Source: Octopus sinensis
Lineage: Eukaryota
Direction: 5' to 3'
Assembly (NCBI RefSeq): GCF_006345805.1
Contig: NC_042998.1
Span: 121,210,001-121,274,000, forward strand
Length of the DNA: 64,000 nucleotides
This document shows positions 1 to 12,749 of this stretch, piece by piece. Every line of letters starts with the position of its first letter. Positions within the stretch are counted from its first letter, which is position 1. Below the pieces are notes generated by a model. The model saw only the letters and a program-made list of their open reading frames with translations, was not told where the DNA came from and searched no databases. Position numbers and translations under genes: made by a program.

Positions 1-705
1 GCCTTCTTGCGCCTACAGAGTATCTCAACAGGCATGATAGAGCTGCACAATATATTCACTGGGTAATTTGCAGAAGCCTGGACTTGCCCCATGATAAAAA
101 CTGGTGGGAACACAAACCACCTCCAGTGCTTGAAAATGACCACATCTCACTCCTCTGGAACTTCACCATTCAAACTGACAAAGATAGATGTGAATAGGCC
201 AGACATCATAGTAAAAGACTTCAGACAAAAAACATGCCTCCTCATTGATATGACTGTCCCAATCGATATAAACGTATCTGTCAAGACCTACCAAAAACTG
301 AGCAAATATAAAGATCTGGAAATAGAAATCAGCAAAATGTGGAACCTGAAGACTAGAACAATACCTGTTGTCATAGGTGCCCTGGGAATGATAGCAAAAG
401 GGGCTGATTGCTACCTAACTCAGATACCAGGAAACCCAAAAATGGCAGAAATTCAAAAGATAGTGCTCATGGGAACTGCTCATATCCTACGCAAAATACT
501 TTCTTTGTAATCTCAAGTTTTAAAACAAACATAATTTTTGCATGGTTTTTTAGGCATTCCTTAGTACAACACTAAGTACAAAACCAAATATATGGCACCC
601 TAGGCATAACACCAACATGAACTTCCAACTTGTCTCTTGAGGTCTCTGGGTGAGACTTGGAGCCAGCTTGTGCAAATGTAAAGCAAAAGTCAAACATATA
701 ATAAT
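1..705 (+). mobile_element. 3' end of R4/Dong-like non-LTR retrotransposon (restriction-like endonuclease domain plus 3' UTR)
   Basis: Frameshifted peptide RHDRAAQYIHW..WWEHKP..ENDHISLLWNFTIQTD joins ORF 91-510 (NRPDIIVKD..LIDMTVPID..KLSKYKDL..IPVVIGALG), a PD-(D/E)xK REL motif set. Stop at 508-510, then a UTR ending in a TAA-rich tail. Confidence 0.85.
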
Positions 706-869
706 AGTAACACCCAGCCTGAATAACCAGAAGGTAGTGTGGAAATTGTTATTGCAAAGAAAGTAAAATTAATGGCAAAGTGAAAATGCAGGAACAATCT
801 GCTGGTCGGTGGAAGCAGAAGCCTTTGCATAGCAAATATGTACCTCATACCAAACAACCTTGTGTTGTC

Positions 870-1706
870 TGGAAGCACACCCATCAGTGGCTACAAAACT
901 CAGGGCTAAAGACAGAGAGCAAAGGCTTCATCCTTAGCTACTCATGATCGAAGCTTATTGAACTGAAACTACCAAACCAATGTGAAGAAAAATGAAGTAG
1001 ATCCAAAGTGCTGATTCTGCATTGATGAGATCAAAACTGGATCACTTAATCTCTCAATGTAAAATTTTAACATCAGTCGAGTATAAATCAAGAAACGACA
1101 GAGTTGGCCAATATCTACACTGGTTAATATGTTGGTATTATTAAATCAAAACTGTTGACAAGTAGTATAGGAATCACCCTGAGGGTCTAAGAGAGGGACA
1201 GATTGTAACAATTTTTTAGAACTTTCCAATGCATACAGACAAAACCATCAAAGCTAATAAGCTGGATATAGCTGTAAAAGGTCAAAATAATAAAGTCTGT
1301 TTATTGATTAACATGAGTATCCCTTGTGATCATAATATTCTGGCAAAAGAATTTGGCATAGTCAGAAATTTGCTCATTGAAATCGGAAAAATGTGGCATC
1401 TCAAGACAATTAAAATATCAGTGATTGTAGAAGGACTAGGAATGATACAAAATGAAACTGAAAATAATTTGAGAACTATTCCTGGCTTACCATCCCTGCT
1501 AGAAGTACTAAAGATTGTTTTAAGTGGTATGTCAGATATCAAAAAGAGCATTGTCAACTTTATTTGATTTTATATGTGAACAATTTGGTATGTTTATTTT
1601 AAGTGTCTATCAATGTATACAGTGAAATTCTTTGCTCTAGATGTCAGGAAAACACTAGGGAAGAAATGTAAACAAAACTGAAAGAAGAAAAACTCATAAT
1701 AATAAT
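870..1706 (+). mobile_element. Older, degraded R4/Dong-like REL retrotransposon 3' end
   Basis: ORF 1229-1567 (HTDKTIKANKLDIAV..LLINMSIPCDHN..IEIGKMWHLKT..VIVEGLG) is homologous to the 1-510 element; ends in (TAA)n at about 1697-1706. Confidence 0.75.
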
Positions 1707-2062
1707 CCTTTCTACTTAAAACACAAGGTCTGAAATTTTGGTGGAAGGGACTAGTCAATTATATTAATCCCAATGTTTCTTCTTCTTCTTCTTCTTCTTC
1801 TTCTTCTTCTTTTCCTTCTTCGTTTCCTTCTTCTTCTTCTTCTTCTTCTTCTTCTTCTTCTTCTTCTCCTTCTTCTTCTTCTTCTCCTTCTTCTTCTTAG
1901 GCCTCTTGATTCCTTGGGGAATATGGGGCCACTATCCCAGTGTTTCACTGGTACTTAATTTATTGATCCTGAAAGGATGAAAGGCAAAGTTGACCTTGGC
2001 AGAATTTGAACTCAGAACATAAAGATGGATGAAATTCTGCTAAGCATTTAGCTCGGCGTACT
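1697..2062 (-). mobile_element. tRNA-derived SINE (family A) interrupted by a tiny LINE 3' end with a (GAA)n tail
   Basis: Family motif cacaagg..gtcgattacatcgaccccagt..actggtacttaatttat..gaaaggatgaaaggcaaagt..gaatttgaactcagaac recurs many times in the window; insertion at 1780-1933. Confidence 0.75.
1777..1898. repeat. (CTT)n/(GAA)n microsatellite
   Basis: About 40 imperfect CTT units, read directly. Confidence 0.95.
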
Positions 2063-3094
2063 CATAATAATAATAACTGGCTGGACTCATGCAAAATTCA
2101 CAGAAAACATAAAAAATGTAAGCGTCTGTGTGCTGGTGCCATGAGAAATGTTTCTATAGTGTGACAGTTACAGAATACAGAAAGAAGTGTCAAACCAATA
2201 ACTTTATAATCCAACCAAAATATTTTAGTTATGCAAACGTAAACAGAATTACTATTTAGTCTTAAAATACATCGTACATATTCAAAGAACCTTCTTGGTT
2301 TAGTGGTACTGAACATTCTTCTGATATTCTTTTATTATTTTACTTGTTTCAGTCTTTTGACTGTGTCCACACGGGAGCACCACCCTTTAGTCGAAGAAAT
2401 TGACTCCTGGACTTATTCCCTGTAAGCCTGGTGCTTATTCTATCAGTTTCTTTTGCTGAGCAGCTAAGTTACAGGTATGCAAACACACCAACACTGATTG
2501 TCAAGCGATGGTGGTGAGAGAACAAACACAGACACAAACACACACAACACACAATTATATATATGACAGGCTTCTTACAGTTTCCATCTACTAAATTCAC
2601 TCATGAGGCTTTGGTATAGAGTTGAATTTTGTGTAGCCACTAGTTGGCAACTTTTCTTCCTCACCTATTTTGTAGAGGGGTATTACCCAATTTTCTGGGC
2701 TTTTTTCACAACTATACTTCATTTGAAATTTGCATTAGTTTTTGTAATGAAACAAAGGAAAGAAGTGGGGCTTGTTTGTAGTTTGTAGAGAAAATGTTTG
2801 TTAAATGTGTTTGAAAAAAAAACATGGTCTTTCCCTGTCAACTAAAAGACACGAAGAACTATCAAAGAAGGTGAATAAATACCGGGGGTGGGGGAAAGAA
2901 AAGAGAACTAACACTCGATCGTTCTAAAATTCCCAGAATAAAAACGTAAACACCTGAAAAACTTTCCATCTATTCATTTCTAAATGTCTTTCCCTCTTCT
3001 TCATTGTTAAAAGTAAAGAAGCTAGAAAAGATCAATCATATTTCAGTCTAATTGTCTCTATCACTCCACTCCTTTTCTCTGTGATTAAGAGAGG

Positions 3095-3415
3095 GAAGGT
3101 GTGTGGCTCAATGGCTTGAAGTATTCAGCCCACAATCACAAAGTCATGAGTACGATTCCCTGCAGCGTGCTGTGTTCTTGAGCAAAGTACTCTGTTTTAC
3201 TTTGCTACAGTCCACTCAGCTGGCAAAAATGAGTTGTTGCTGTAATTCAAAGGAGCCAGCTTTGTCACATTCTGTGTGAGGCTGAATCTCTCTGAGAACT
3301 AAATTATGGTATGCATGTCTGTGGAGTACTCAGCCACTTGCGCGTTAATTTTACGAGCAGGCTGTTCCATTTGTCAGATAAACGGAAACCTTGTTGTAAC
3401 CAATGGAGTGCCATT
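3095..3415 (+). mobile_element. tRNA-derived SINE (family C); partial second copy at about 3730-3880 and another at about 51205-51490
   Basis: A-box-like gtggctcaatgg and B-box-like agtacgattccc, followed by ttgagcaa..tccactcagctggcaaaaatgag..gaatctc.ctgagaact shared between copies. Confidence 0.7.
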
Positions 3416-5149
3416 TTTTAAAAAGAGTGATTGAAAATGAAATGTTCCATATCGTAAGGCAAAAATCTCATGTGTTTAGTATAATCAGTGAAAGTGAAGA
3501 CAAAATAATTGCTATTCCATTGTGTATTCGCCCTTGACTCATGCTCAGTTTGATAGCAACAGCCTGCGCATGGGTGTTTATCTGGGGGTTTGACCTCCAG
3601 ATCAGTGAGACCCACAAATGTCATTGTTAGGACTGGATTAACACCCATAGTGATCCTAACAACTAAAAAGATTTTCCTGACCCTACATAGGATCTTATTT
3701 GTTTTCTTCCAACCACTTGGAGGTCTAGCTTGCTCCAATCCACTCAGCTGGTAAAAATGAGTTGTAGCTGTAATCCAAAGGGGCCAGCCTTGTCATATTC
3801 TGTGTGAGGATGAATCTCCCTGAGAACTACGTTATGGTATGCATATCTGTGGAGTACTCAGCCACTTGCAAGTTAATTTTATCCTCATGTGGTAATGTAA
3901 AGTGAAAATTACATCCAATATTTGCTGTAGCTATTTGTCTTTGATTTAACGTGTCTGTGTATCAACTTTTCTTTTGATCTATGTATCTACTGTCTCTCTC
4001 ACTTTCTCTCTTTCTTTCTCACTTCCTCTGTGTCCCTCCTCTCTCCCGCTTTTAATTTAACAATGCATGTATGTATCAATGTATCTATTTTTCTTGTGAT
4101 GTGATAAACATTTAAAAACACAAAACGAATGCCATCACCATTCACTGTCTCTTCCACTCTCTCTCCCACTCTTTCTTTCTTACCCTCTTTCTCTCTCGCT
4201 CTTTCTCTTTTTCTCTTACTTCCTCTCTCTCATTTTGCCACTCACTTCTTCCTTTGAAGTAAGCATGACACACACCACAGATACGTACATACAAAAAGAA
4301 CAAGTTAGCGTATTAATATTATTAATGATGATAATGATGATGATGATGATGATAATAATAATAATAATAATAGTAGTAGTAGTAGTAATAATAGACAATA
4401 AGAAGAGCGTGATGCAATTTGTAACAAAGATTGCTTATTTAACAGTTAGACAATATTTCAACAAATCGTCTGTCACTTTCAAGTTCAAAATGGGAAATGG
4501 AAAAAAGAAAGCAGAAACACAAAAAAATCAAAATATAAACAAGGAAATCCTATGTTCCTATTTAGATAAAATGACATCATTAGTTTTCACTTTCATAAGT
4601 GGTAAAAAAAAAAAGAAAGAAAATTATCATTATTTATTATTATGATTTTGTCAGCCCTTGTAGCCAATAAAAAGGATTTTTTATTTATTATGGTTCAAAA
4701 CTTGGGCACAAGGCCAGCTATTTTAGTGGTAGTAGATAATTCAATTACAGTGACCACAGTATTTAACTGGTACTTTATTTTATCAACCCCCAAAAGGACG
4801 AAAGGCAAAGTTGACCAAGGTGGGATTTGAATCCAGTCTGTAAAGAGCCATAATAAATATTTCAGAGCATTTTGTCTGACATGTTAAGGATTTTGTTCGT
4901 TCACCACCCAAATAACAACAACAACAAAAAATAATAATAATTACTCGCAGTACCTGTGGAAATTCCATGGTTATTTTGAAAGTTAATTGATGAACTTGTA
5001 TATTTTTCTGAAACATTTGATTTTTGAGAGAGTATAAAAATCCACATAGGCAGTATTGAAGGGACACTTAGTCAATCAATGAATTTACCTATTGACTGAC
5101 CAACTGACCAACCCATCAACCTACCTACCTACCTGCCTACCCAACTTCG

Positions 5150-5174
<25 letters not shown>

Positions 5175-5180
<6 letters not shown>

Positions 5181-5346
5181 TTTTTGTTCTTTTCTTCCCT
5201 TTTACGATCCCTCTTGATCGAAAACCTACGCCACCCCATTTTTTTTTTGTTTCTTTTGTTTTTTGTTTTTTTCATCCCCCAAAAGAAAAGCTCTACCTTG
5301 TAACTTGTCCCATCTGTGTGCAGCCCTGTGTGGCCAATAAAGAAAC
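5175..5346 (+). mobile_element. Short 3' UTR fragment of a LINE (probably L1/Tx1-like) inside a (TATC)n tract
   Basis: T-rich body ending agccctgtgtggccAATAAAgaaac, with tatctatc on both sides. Confidence 0.4.
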
Positions 5347-6289
5347 TTATCTATCATATTCTACTTACATTTCTGCCAATTTACGTATCTGCTTACTCTA
5401 ACATTATGGACAAACATTTACACTAAATAACTAAGAAGAAAAAAAAAAAAGACCTGACTAATTGCAGTGCCCCAGCCTTTTGGTTGTTACACACAAAGTA
5501 AAATTAACATCCATAGATATTTGTTAAGGTTAATTCACTTTGATTTAACTATGTGTCAATACATCTAACCATCTATCTGCTATCCTTTAATGAATTCACA
5601 ATGACACTTCATTGGATTGAAGATAAAGAAATGGTTAAACATTAAAACCTGTAACAACAACTAAACTTTTATTTTTATTGTCTGTCACAATGTTCTATTA
5701 TACAATGTTTAAAACCATGTAACTGCTTTCCACGCCCACGTTCTTTCCAGTCATTACTCGCTCTCTCTCTCTCTCTCTCTCTTTCTGCCTCTTGCTTCAA
5801 CAACACCATATACCCCTTCATTTAACATGTTTATATCTCTCTCTTTCTTTCTACTTTCTACCTCTTTCTTCAACTAATCAACCACTCAACGTAATAGCAA
5901 TACTGCTCTCTTACTTCTCCGGACTAACACACACACTCTGTCTTTCTCTTCCTCTTTCTTTCCGCCCTCTCTGTTTCTTCCTTGAACTCAAAACTTGACA
6001 GTGTCTTAGCGTAATAACTATTACATTTCCCCTCCCTCATGTCATTAAAATTTCTTTCCACTTTCCCTTTCCCATTTTCTCTTTTCCTTTCTCCCTCTTT
6101 TTGTCTCACTCTTTGCCGCTCCCTTAGCCTACAAGTGACAGTGTAATACATTTGGCCTTGATGTATTAATATATAATTCTTGTTATTATAATATACTGAA
6201 GTCAACTTCGCTTTCATCCATTCAGGATTGATAAAATAAAGTACCAGTCAAGTACTGAGGTCAACAGTATTGATTAACTGTTTCCCCCA

Positions 6290-7840
6290 AGTGTCTAGGG
6301 GTGGATGAAAATATATCTTACAGTGGCACCTGTAACAAAACATGTGTCACTAAAGAATGTTACAGCTGAATAAAGAAAATTTGGACTTCAGAACTCTCTG
6401 CATTCAATAAAACTGACGTACAATGTGCTTGCAGTGCCAGTACTCATACCAACATTTGGACTGCTTGATTGGATGCTTGATGAGATCCGAGCCATTAATG
6501 TGAAAACCCGAAAAATACTTACAAGCACACATAATTTCCACATAACAGTGATGTAGACTGCCTCTACCTAAAACATAAACAAAGCAGTAGAGGTTTAACA
6601 TTGATCCAAAATGCCTTTGAATGTCGCATCATATTACTTCGGCAACATCTTTTAATAACCAAGTGTCAAAGTGTATACCTTGACCAAGTTTGCATACATG
6701 AAGCTGATAACATCATAAGACGTGGAATGTAGCTCCTTGAGCAGTACTCTTTGTCTGATAATCTAGAATACATGTCCAAAGAAGTCGCACGACTCTACCA
6801 CAATGTATCATCAGATGAAAGGATGAGCCTATATGAGCAGAAGACTATGCATGGATATATTATTCGAAAGCTCCAAGATGATAGTAACATTGATCATCAA
6901 AGCAGTTTATCATGGACCAATAGCCGGATTACTACCTCCCACTTTGAAGGGTATGCATTTGCAATCCAGGAACAAGAAATATCAACTAAGTACCTGATGC
7001 ATAAGAGGGATAGAGATGCAGGTAAAGCTGTAAAGTGTGACAACTGGTGAAGACTGTGGAGTTCAGACTGAAGATATCACCCACATCATAAGCAGTTGTC
7101 TGAAAATGTCATTAATGTATTATCTACTGATGAGACATGACGTTGTAGCTAGGACACTCTATAATGAAATCCGTCAGAGGGATAATCCCGAGAGCAAAGG
7201 AATACGAACCCACAATATGGCAGAAGCCATAGCCATTCATAATAAAAAGGAATACGGTGGAATGTACCAGTGAAGACATCAATAAAATATAAGTACAACA
7301 GACCTGATATAATGGTTTGGGATAGAGAAGAGAAACTGTGCACAGTTGTGGAAATTAGCTTCCCAGCAGATGTTAACATAAAGCTGAAGATCAGTGAAAA
7401 AGGGAACACTTATGCTGAACTATTGAGAAATCTGCAGTTACTCTATCCAGATTACAAGTTCAGGTTTATATCTGTAATTAATGGGGCCCTGGGATATGTA
7501 ACACAATGCCTAAATACCAATCTTGAGAAATTAGGCTTCTCAAAACCAGAAAGGAGAAAGCTAATTCGAAGACTACAGATCCAATCCATCACTGGAAATG
7601 TAAAAATCTGTAAAACTTTCCAAAAGTTTATCATTTAAATATATACGAGCATGTCTAGATATGCAACTATATGCATGAGAAAATATTCATAAAACATACA
7701 AATCTGCACATACATACATACAAACAAATAAAAATACCCTGTTGTTGATGTTGAAATTCCAATGAAGGAGCCTTGGATCTAGGTTAGAAACCAGTTCTTT
7801 CTCTATTGGCAAGAAATCTTGAAATAAACTGAATAATAAC
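6290..7840 (+). mobile_element. R4/Dong-like non-LTR retrotransposon, 5' truncated (RT C-terminus, CCHC knuckle, REL endonuclease, 3' UTR)
   Basis: Broken ORFs 6751-7050 (HGYIIRKL..EGYAFAIQEQEISTKY), 7037-7273 (EDITHIISSC..RHD) and 7270-7638 (NRPDIMVWD..VEISFPAD..GALG); ends gaataataac. Confidence 0.85.
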
Positions 7841-9379
7841 ACATATACCCACATGCATACATATATATTCATACAGTTGTCTAAGGAGGGTTCATAAGTT
7901 AGAAAAACAAAAAGCACACTCAATATAAAGGAATATGGGTATAATTTTAATACAGTATCATAAATTAAGAAACATGTTCAGCCAAATAAAGTTACTAGAT
8001 AGTATCATGTGAAATACAACCCTGCAAGATCTTTCATATCACAGATTGAGAATACACCCACTCACTCACCTGAGTTTATTTTTCAGTGAATTCTGATACA
8101 TGCACCTGCACTCCTGTATACACCCTCACGCGCACACATGTGCTCAATTGCTGTACTGATCAGTCACTGACTGCACATATTTTGGCACACAAAGTGACAG
8201 CGCTATTTGAACTAATCCAAATAGAAAACTGTCTCATATACACTTCAATGATCCTCTCTCCTGATTTACAAAAGTTCTCCTCAGCCATGTATTTCTTTCT
8301 CTCCTTCAATCATTTGTTTCCTTTTTCTGAACCTCACTGGTGAGGGAAGAGATGTAGTGAATCTTGCAAGCACGAAGTTGATTTGATCCACCATAGCCAA
8401 ATTAAAATCAACAGTTCAACAGAACTTTTCTCACGGTGGAACAATGGTTTTTTTCAGTGACAGCAGTTTTACATATGCCAGGTGCCTTTAGCTAGGCTGA
8501 AATAATGTCTTTACCACTTGACCCTTTCTAACCTCTTCTACTTCACCAAAAGCTAGAATAGAGATATCACAAGACCACCAACTAAATTTATTGTTCTCAA
8601 CTATGTGTCTATCCTTCTGGATAGTTATAAAAGCAAGAACCTCAAGCAAAAATCAGTTAGTCACTTGTTGACAACTGAGTGAGTTGGCTCGTGACAACTC
8701 AATCAGTTAGGGAATAGACTGCTAGAATCATGATCACAACCAAGGCAGCTACTAAAAAATATAGTCAGTGAGAGAAATGAAATTTACTGTCAGCAACTGC
8801 GAGACAACATCCCACGACCCTACAACTTTCACTAGCTCTTATTCTGTTCTATCACTATCGGTGGCTTACTGCTAAGGGAACGTGTGCACAAAACTAAACA
8901 AAGAAAAATTCTACCACATCTAACTTTCTTTCACATACTCTCGGAAATTATAGCCTGCCCAACAAGGCAAGTTATTTTCAACATAACGTTAAATAAATAC
9001 TTCTTAAAACTTCATGCGTTGTTCATCTTTCACATCCTACAACATACTGTCACAATTAAATTTCAACTGATACAAAAATAACTTGTATGTGTGAATGAAT
9101 GAATGAATAGATGTGAGTGTGTAACTACATGTGCTGTTGGTGGTATTTTTCCTACTCTGGATTTTTCCATTTTCCTTTCTGACAAGGAACTATGCTTGAA
9201 ACATCAAAAACTGTCTTCTTCCCAAGTGTCAAACTAATACATTCCATGTGTATATCCTCTTGTTTTGTTACTGTTATTTTTAATGTTCGATTATTCACTT
9301 TGACTGTGTTTGTGTCTGTGTCTGTGTGGAGGGAACCTGTGGGAGAGGTAGACACAGGAAGACATGAGACAAGGTAGTG

Positions 9380-9722
9380 AAACATTATCTTTGGATGTTG
9401 AGGCTTACAGAGGCAATGACAAGTGATCATTGAGAAGACACAGCAAGCCATGTGAAATCATAGTTGTGGCTAGTGCCAGTAACATGTAAAAGGCACCTGT
9501 GCTGGTGGCACATAAAAGGCACCCATGCCAATGACGTGAAAGGTAACCACTACACTTTGTGAAGCGGTTGGCATTAGGAAAGGCATCCAGCTATAGAAAC
9601 AAGACCAAACTAAACTGAAACCTGATACAGCTCTCCAGCTTACCAGTTTCAGTCAAACTGTTTAACCCATGCCAGTATCAAAAACAGACACTAAATGAAA
9701 ATGGTAGTGATAATGATGATAT
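9380..9722 (+). mobile_element. RTE-family 3' UTR fragment with (GAT)n tail
   Basis: ggttggcattaggaaaggcatccagc..aacccatgccag..atgatgat; same family as 30415-31425 and 33220-35095. Confidence 0.7.
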
Positions 9723-10749
9723 ATATATATAGTATGGGAGATAGAAAATGGAATTCATGAGACTCTTTATCAGAACCACTACAATCATTTCAACTCATCA
9801 TGCATCTGTATCATACAGGTGAGATGCTGTACAATTGTCATGCATTGTTGGTGCAGATGCATCTCTTTAGTAAACTACAGTGAAAACTTGAATGTAAAAT
9901 TATTACTCTTTCTCTCTTTATATATATAAAAACGTGCATGGTGTAGTGAATACATTTTGAAAAATAGCTTTATGCTGTAAACTCAGTTGATGATCCTAAA
10001 TGCTGGTAGCACAAAAGGTGAAATCAATTGACACTGAGACATTTGTACTTGTCTTTGTAGTTTTGCAAAGTTAAGGGCTATTTTTATTATATTCACTACA
10101 TTAACCATGTGTATTTACTTATAGCGAGAAATATGTGGCTTTGGAAAGTTAACTCTTCTTTCTAGCATAACTGTTACATTTTTTATGTATATTTTTATGT
10201 ATATTTTTATTGTATATTTTACCTACTTTGGTTAAGCTTGCTGGCCACTTCATTATTGCTATTATTTTTTATAATAATGATATCTATTTATATATATATA
10301 TATGTATGTATGTATATATAAGCATGTATATATACATACACACACATATATATGCACATACATATTTATATATACACATACACACACAATTTTTTAGGTC
10401 AACAGAGACGATACCAAACAGGTTTCAGTATTATTAGATCCCCCTAAGATTTTGGTAGCAGTGTATAGATTATATTTTGCTGAGAAGGTCTAAGACCAAA
10501 CATGTCTCTTAAAGTTTTTTCAACACAAGCAAACACACATGCACATATTATCAATCTTTAACGATAGATATATGGAGGCAGTTTAATTTCTGGCTCTATT
10601 TCACCTATATCTTTTTTTACTATTGAGCTGACCACTCAACATGTACTGTTGAAAAGCAGTGGATATAGTGCCTGTCTAACATCAAAATAGTAGCCATTTA
10701 CTAAATTATACACCTATTAATGTTTTTATAGAAATGAGCTAAGGTATCT

Positions 10750-11535
10750 CTGGTTGTGCTGTGTCCAAGATGGAAATCACACAGTTCTTCAGCAAGCTTG
10801 GGTGCAACAATTTCCCTACATCTCTTTTCCAGTCACCCAGCACAGACTTTACCAGGGAGACTCAATGGAGATTCCTTTATAATTAGAGCATTCTCTCTAG
10901 TTGTCCTTTTTAAAAGTAAGGATCATCATTCCGGATTGCCATTGATTTGCTGTCTTTCCAGAGGTCCAAGCCACCTGGCATACACAAGCTGGCTAGAAAA
11001 TATCTTCTCTATTTAAGGCTTTTAACATCTCAGGCCAAATTTCATCTTCTCCAGTGGCCTTGCGACATTTGAACACTTTAATTGCCTTTATGATTTCAGC
11101 TTTTGTGAGGTTAGTCTTCACTTTTAGATGCACCTTGTGTCCACCAGAAGATTTTATTGCAACTAGATTTAGAAGATCAGCAAAACATTCTTTCCATTTC
11201 TTAAGAATGCTCTTCTCTGTAGAGAGAATTCTAGCCAAGTTCTTACCTGCAGGTGTAGAAGAGGGTTTCATTTTATGAAGGTACAGACATGTGATTCGAA
11301 TGTCACAGAAAAGAGTCCCATGATGGATTCTTCAAGCCAAGTAACTGGTAGGAGACTCAGGAGTAGACCCAAAATGAGATGGTTGGATAACACCTATAGT
11401 CTCAGTCGGTAAAAACTTAGGAATCCAGCTGGAAAGTTTAATGACAAATGCTTCTGATTGAACTTTATGGAGGTCCCTGAGGATTTACACAATATTCCCA
11501 GGAATAGTGGGCAGAAAAGATGGATGGATGGGTGG
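10750..11535. mobile_element. RTE-clade LINE insertion with an inverted 5' segment
   Basis: Minus strand 11280->10750 encodes an RT N-terminus (WKECFADLLN..KATGEDEI.PEMLK..CSNYKGIS). Plus strand 11280-11535 encodes the C-terminus (HVIRM..GRRLRSRPKMRWLD) and a (GATG)n tail. TSD 10734-10749 / 11536-11551 matches at 14 of 16 bases. Confidence 0.75.
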
Positions 11536-11599
11536 ATGAGCTAACGGATCTAATTCAGATGGGACAGTAGCATAATAAGAGATGTACTGAATGAAATAT

Positions 11600-11814
11600 C
11601 ATTTCTGTTAAAAGCACAAGGCCTGTAATTTTGGGGGAGGGGACTAGTCGATTACATCAATCCCAGTGTTTCACTGGTACTTAATTTACCCCCCCCCCCC
11701 GGACGAACGGCAAAGTTGACTCTGGTGGCATTTTAAACTCAGAACGTGAAAACAGGTGAAATGCCGCTAAGCATTTTGCCCAGCATGCTAATGATTCTGC
11801 CAGCTCGCTGCCTT
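11600..11814 (-). mobile_element. Full-length SINE family A with perfect 17-bp TSD
   Basis: TSD tgtactgaatgaaatat at 11583-11599 and 11815-11831; tRNA-like head at the right end. Further copies at about 4690, 13620, 13945, 15270-15660, 19340, 23105, 47320 and 60130. Confidence 0.85.
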
Positions 11815-12749
11815 TGTACTGAATGAAATATGCAAAATGTTTTCAATGAATTAAAATTTCCTTCAGTAGGAGAAAGAATACAATAAAAAAAAAGTGGCAA
11901 TTATTAGTAGCTCTCAAAGGAATGGGGGAGATAATTGAAAGAAATTTAGAATAAATCTCTCAAAATTAAAATGCTTCAGGGTAAACATGATTTATTTTTC
12001 CTGCCAAGAGACACCTGTGTTAGACAGCACTCACACAAGTCTACGCAAGCCTGTTTGATAAATTGGAAAATATTTTTTTCATATTGAAAGTGTTATCAAT
12101 ACTTGGAAATCATGTACTTTTGATATTTAATAATTAATATTTATGGTTTTAGCCTAGATTGGTACTGCCTATTCTGCCTGCTCTGATGTTGCATTGGTTA
12201 TATAACTTTTTTACTTGTTTCAGTCATTGGATTGTGGCCATGCTGGTGCACTACCTTGAGGTGGCATACTGTAATATTTTATGATAGGAAGGACATCCAG
12301 CCGTAGAAACCACACCATATCAGACTGGAGTCTGGTGCAACCTTCCAGCTTGCCAGCCCTGGTCAAACCGTCCAACCCATGCCAGCATGGACAACTGTTG
12401 TTAAATGATGATGATGATGTGTTGGTACTCTAAGCCTAAGGAAATATCTGTAATTCAAGAAAGAGACAAGGAGTATGTGAAAGGGAAGATAGACAGAGAA
12501 AGAAAAGATAGAATGGAGAGAATGAGAGACAGAAGTGAGGTTGGATAGAAGCAGAAGAGAGATGGGTGAGATGAATAAGAGGAAAGAATTAGAGAGGTAG
12601 AGAGTAATGGTTATTGTGAGGGAAAGCAAAACAAAATTAAAGCAAAAGATAATGCACAAGGAGAGAGAGAGGGAGGTTAAGATATAAAAGAAACCAGAGA
12701 GAAATAGACAGAAAAATTGAGTGACAGAGGATGAAGAAGCTCATAAGAC

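Noticed and set aside
1751-1958. Protamine-like poly-Arg and poly-Leu ORFs
   Set aside because: Translation of the (GAA/CTT)n tail.
3418-3738. 106-aa minus-strand ORF between two SINE-C copies
   Set aside because: Non-ATG start, overlaps SINE sequence, and has no recognisable domain or splice context.
7880-9080. Complex non-simple sequence that might be exons of a minus-strand gene or a decayed transposon
   Set aside because: The frames I tried had stops and no recognisable motif; left unannotated.
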